From: Pelomyxa schiedti
Taxonomy: Eukaryota > Protista > Evosea
Direction: 5' to 3'
Length of the DNA stretch: 64,000 bases
Assembly (NCBI GenBank): GCA_020536535.1
Contig: JAHLWZ010000381.1
Coordinates: 1-64,000, forward strand
Made by a program: the position numbers and the translations under genes. Below the pieces are notes generated by a model that had not been told where the DNA came from, did no database searches, and saw only the letters and a program-made list of their open reading frames with translations. Shown here in pieces: positions 60,901 to 64,000 of this stretch; position 1 is the stretch's first letter, and the number at the start of each line of letters is the position of its first letter.

Positions 60901-62605
60901 TAAAAACCTGACAGATCCAACTTCAGAAGAGTACAATTACGAGAAAGCATCTGCCCAATAACACTGGCACCAATATTACTTATACAATTTCCTGGGTTTT
61001 GGTTGTGACTTTTTTGTTTGGGTGTTCAACAATTTGTCAAAGTGGTGTACCTGAAAGGAGTAATGTGGAGAGTTGACTGAACTCATGAGACATTAGAGGC
61101 ACAATTCCTTCATCGTTGATTTCATTGTCTTTCATTAGTATTAGGAATAGTGGGGGAATGTCCCTAAATGGGAGGGAACTTGAAAGGTCAAGAGTCAAGA
61201 GATTCCGAAGTAAAGGAGAGCTCGAGAGGATATCACAAATTTCATTTCCAAGATTGTTTCCTGGTTAAATAAGCAAACTTTGATGTGACTAGTCGTGTCA
61301 CCTGCAAGAGAGATATTATTAATGCCATGTGTGACAAACTGGTCTACAAGACTGGTCAAATGTGTTTTTTTCAACTGAATTGCTGCAACAGTCAAATTAA
61401 TATGAACCTTTCTCAAGTAGCACTTACATGATAAATCCAGGAAAATGAGAGAAGATTGGAGCGCCTTGAAAAAAGGGTCCAAAAAATCTTCACTTATGTG
61501 GCAGCCTATGCCCAGTTTAAAGCCAAGAGAGAAGTGCGAGTTGATACCTGAAAACCTGACACTTTTGACTTTGTTTGTTTTGATATATGCTGCAACCTGT
61601 CCTGGAGTAACAGGTAAAAAGACAGTCCCTGCAATTTATTTGTTGGTCACAGTGATGCACACAAGTGGGGTGAGTATAGTGAAAACCTGTCAGATTTAAA
61701 TCGACAATATCCATTTCCTGTGAGTCACAAAATTGGTCTACAGAAAGTTTAAAAAATGAGCTGTCCCGCAATTCTCTTAAGGAGCTGCCAGGTCTAAGGG
61801 CTTCCAGTATTGGGGATCCCACAGGGCGCCAGTCCAAATCAATTTGTGAAGAAATTTCTACTCACTGGTTATACAAGAAGGAAAGGGTGATACGGAGTTA
61901 AATTTTTGTTACTATCGTCACAAAGAGCAACTAAAACTAGATACACCAGCAAGTCATACTTGTTAAAGCATTCCTGGAAGACTGAAGTGATGTTTTATTT
62001 GCCAAAAACACCAAACCAACTTGCCCACCCACCCTCCTGGTCAGCCCCCAGTCCTCAGCCTCAAAAGACGCATCACCACTCTCATCACTAACTTGGTCCT
62101 GGTTGCTACTGACACCATGGCATTGACAGTGACACTTACAGGTGATTCTCACATCCCTAGCCAATGAAGATTTCACTGGCTTTGATGTCGAATTTGCAGT
62201 TGCATTTGCTGCTGTGGTCGTGGTAGTTGTAGATGCAACTGCAACTTCAACTGTACTTGCAGATGCGAGTGGTGACGAATGTGACACGGGTGGGTCAGTG
62301 GGGTGGGAGCAAGAGTCGCAGCCCTGGTGCTCGTGGTCTTCGGTCTCGGGCGTGGTGGCGGCCTCCTGGAAGCGCAGCTGCTCGTAACTTTGGTTGGCGA
62401 CACTGGCGTGGTGGTGATGGTGGTGGCCGCGATTATTATGGGTGTGATCAGGGTTGTGCCTGTGGCGGTTCGGGTCCAGGGACTGGTTCTGCTGCCGGTT
62501 GGACTCGCGGCTCTCCGATATCATCGCTACGAAGTCCTCTACGGCCGAGGACCCACGTTCCCCGACGTGGTCCGCACTCATTCGGCGCCCGCGTCGGTCC
62601 GTCAT
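54993..62605 (-). CDS. Roco/LRRK-like kinase: low-complexity N-terminus - LRR - degenerate ROC - COR - TKL kinase - beta-propeller - PH-like tail (ends approximate)
   Basis: LRRs (LKTVDLSMNLISEFP, LIFLDLSC); ROC/COR (QFFMTPQTIFIF, AIIFLHNVGQVSYF, YLIPSNL); kinase LLGRGGYGTVF, AVKI, FIHR|DLRSPN, AK|VGDYGLT, GTWRWLAPE, DIYSFG; propeller QVWVGT, VWTGDNTG. Confidence 0.82.
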
Positions 62606-62748
62606 TGCGTGGGGTTTTTTTTTTGTTGTTTTCTTTCCTTTTTGGCCAAACTCGAATTCCAATAAAAGAAGATGGCCTGAATTTGATAATTGCTTGTTTT
62701 GTCGTGTGGGGTGGGGGGGGAAGATCTTGGGGGTGTGCGGTGCCGTAA

Positions 62749-63856
62749 CTAATAAGTTACCAAGTCAAGTATCCAGGCCTTCCCATTTACGGCTTCTATG
62801 GCCTTGGCCACCCTTTGTTGTGCTTCGGCAGAGTCACAGAGCGCCACCATGCAGCCGCCGCCGCCGGCGCCGAGTTGCTTGGCACCGCAGGCACCAGCGT
62901 CGCAGCAGGCGCGGCATAGCTCGTTCAATCGGGCCGTTGCTGCTCCCATGAGGTTTTCCTGCTCAAACTGCTGGCACATAAGGCTGCCCACGGTTCTCAA
63001 GTCGCCACGGGTGAGTGCTTCGCTGCCGGCGTAGAGGTACTCGGTGATTTTCTTGAAGCCCTCTAGTACGATAGGATCGCTGTCGGCCAGTCTTTTGCGG
63101 AATGCTGTCAGCATGGTCTTGAGCGGCCTAGGTTCCATGGTGTCACCGACTACAACCGGAAGTGACCGTACACTGAGCGGGGTTACACTGGGTGATTCAC
63201 CAGTCTGTATCAGAGTAACACCGCCATGGGAGATGGCATACTGATCCATTCGCCCACATGGAATTCCCAGCTCATTATGCTCGGCATCGTAGGCCATTTC
63301 AGCGATTTCGTCCTTCTTCATTCCCAGCTCATACAACGTGTCTAGAGCCCTTACAAGAGCAACAGAAACGGCACCTGACGAGGCAAGGCCCTTGCCAATC
63401 GGAATGCGTGAGTCCACGGATGCCTCAAAGCCACAGGTCAAGCGTGGCCTCAATAAACGGGCAGCAGCACACCAATATTTGAGAGGGTGAGAGTACTGTC
63501 GCAATTTGGTTTCTTGCGTGTCATCGTCGAGGCAGTAATTCAAGTCGCCGGGGAAATTTTCCGAGTGGAGAACAACGTCGCGACTTCCGTCCAGCTTCTT
63601 CGCGGTGATAGTGAGGGTGCCTTAACACAGTACAAATTTAATAAATCATGGAGACAGGCATTATATGAAATAGAAGAAAGCGAGAAAAAGGTAACGACAT
63701 ACAAGTAACCGTAGCGGCAATGACGGGAAGTCCGGCGAGGTCGGTCTTGTCACCAAACAAACATATCCGGCCAGGGATGTCGGCTTGGAAGATCCGCTTA
63801 GAAAGAGCCGGGTCACCCGTTGTAGTCCTTGTGTCGGTGGCTGGTGTCTGCGACAT
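62749..63856 (-). CDS. GHMP-family kinase (galactokinase/mevalonate kinase-like); last codons uncertain
   Basis: IPGRICLFGDKTDLAGLPVIAAT, SRIPIGKGLASSGAV (PxxxGLxSS), GRMDQYAI, GAKQLGAGGGGCMVALC. Confidence 0.85.
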
Positions 63857-64000
63857 CGGCAGTGAGTGAGAGTGGTGGCGATTAGATAATCCCGAGTAAA
63901 AAATGTGGAAACAAAGAACCAAGATTTCGGAGCAGGGGATTTCAGTGATGACCTGTCAAACTGTGACAGCAATGCCCTGGAACAGTAAGCTCTTCGGGGT

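Noticed and set aside
1-64000. Prokaryotic defence systems, CRISPR arrays, rRNA/tRNA, transposases
   Set aside because: None seen; the window is intron-rich eukaryotic DNA with no repeat-spacer array or recognisable transposase/RT motifs.

Overview
Gene-dense eukaryotic (protist) DNA with many short GT-AG introns, mostly about 35-60 nt, and three 100-N scaffold gaps. The gene content (actin-fragmin kinase, Roco kinase, Rac, PARP4-like) suggests an amoebozoan, possibly an archamoeba; this is inference. I found no rRNA, tRNA, CRISPR array or transposase. Gene models were spliced by eye, so outer coordinates are approximate where stated. Standout 1 (9.8-18 kb): a vault-PARP (PARP4)-like gene whose BRCT-PARP-VIT-vWA core is fused in-exon to a complete Ran-like GTPase with Val at the Q69-equivalent. 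This is followed by an FG-rich tract and a USP-fold isopeptidase resembling the SUMO protease USPL1. Standout 2 (3.8-9.6 kb): immediately upstream, a BRCT-IPT-DUF4062-NACHT-TPR-polyPro-WH2 gene whose BRCT shares a motif and intron position with the PARP gene. Standout 3 (0.8-2.5 kb): a divergent eIF2-alpha paralog with Gly at the Ser51 position and an inserted F-box-like exon. Standout 4 (43.5-53.9 kb): a ~3400-aa, almost intronless NACHT-pentapeptide-WD40-nucleoredoxin-DC1 gene with a frame break. Standout 5 (55-62.6 kb): a Roco kinase with a degenerate ROC domain and a large kinase insert. Housekeeping and signalling genes include RBBP4, RPL8, RPS9, RPL24, LST8, RhoGAP, Rac, a receptor-type PDE, a calmodulin-like gene, a GNAT, an SDR and a GHMP kinase.
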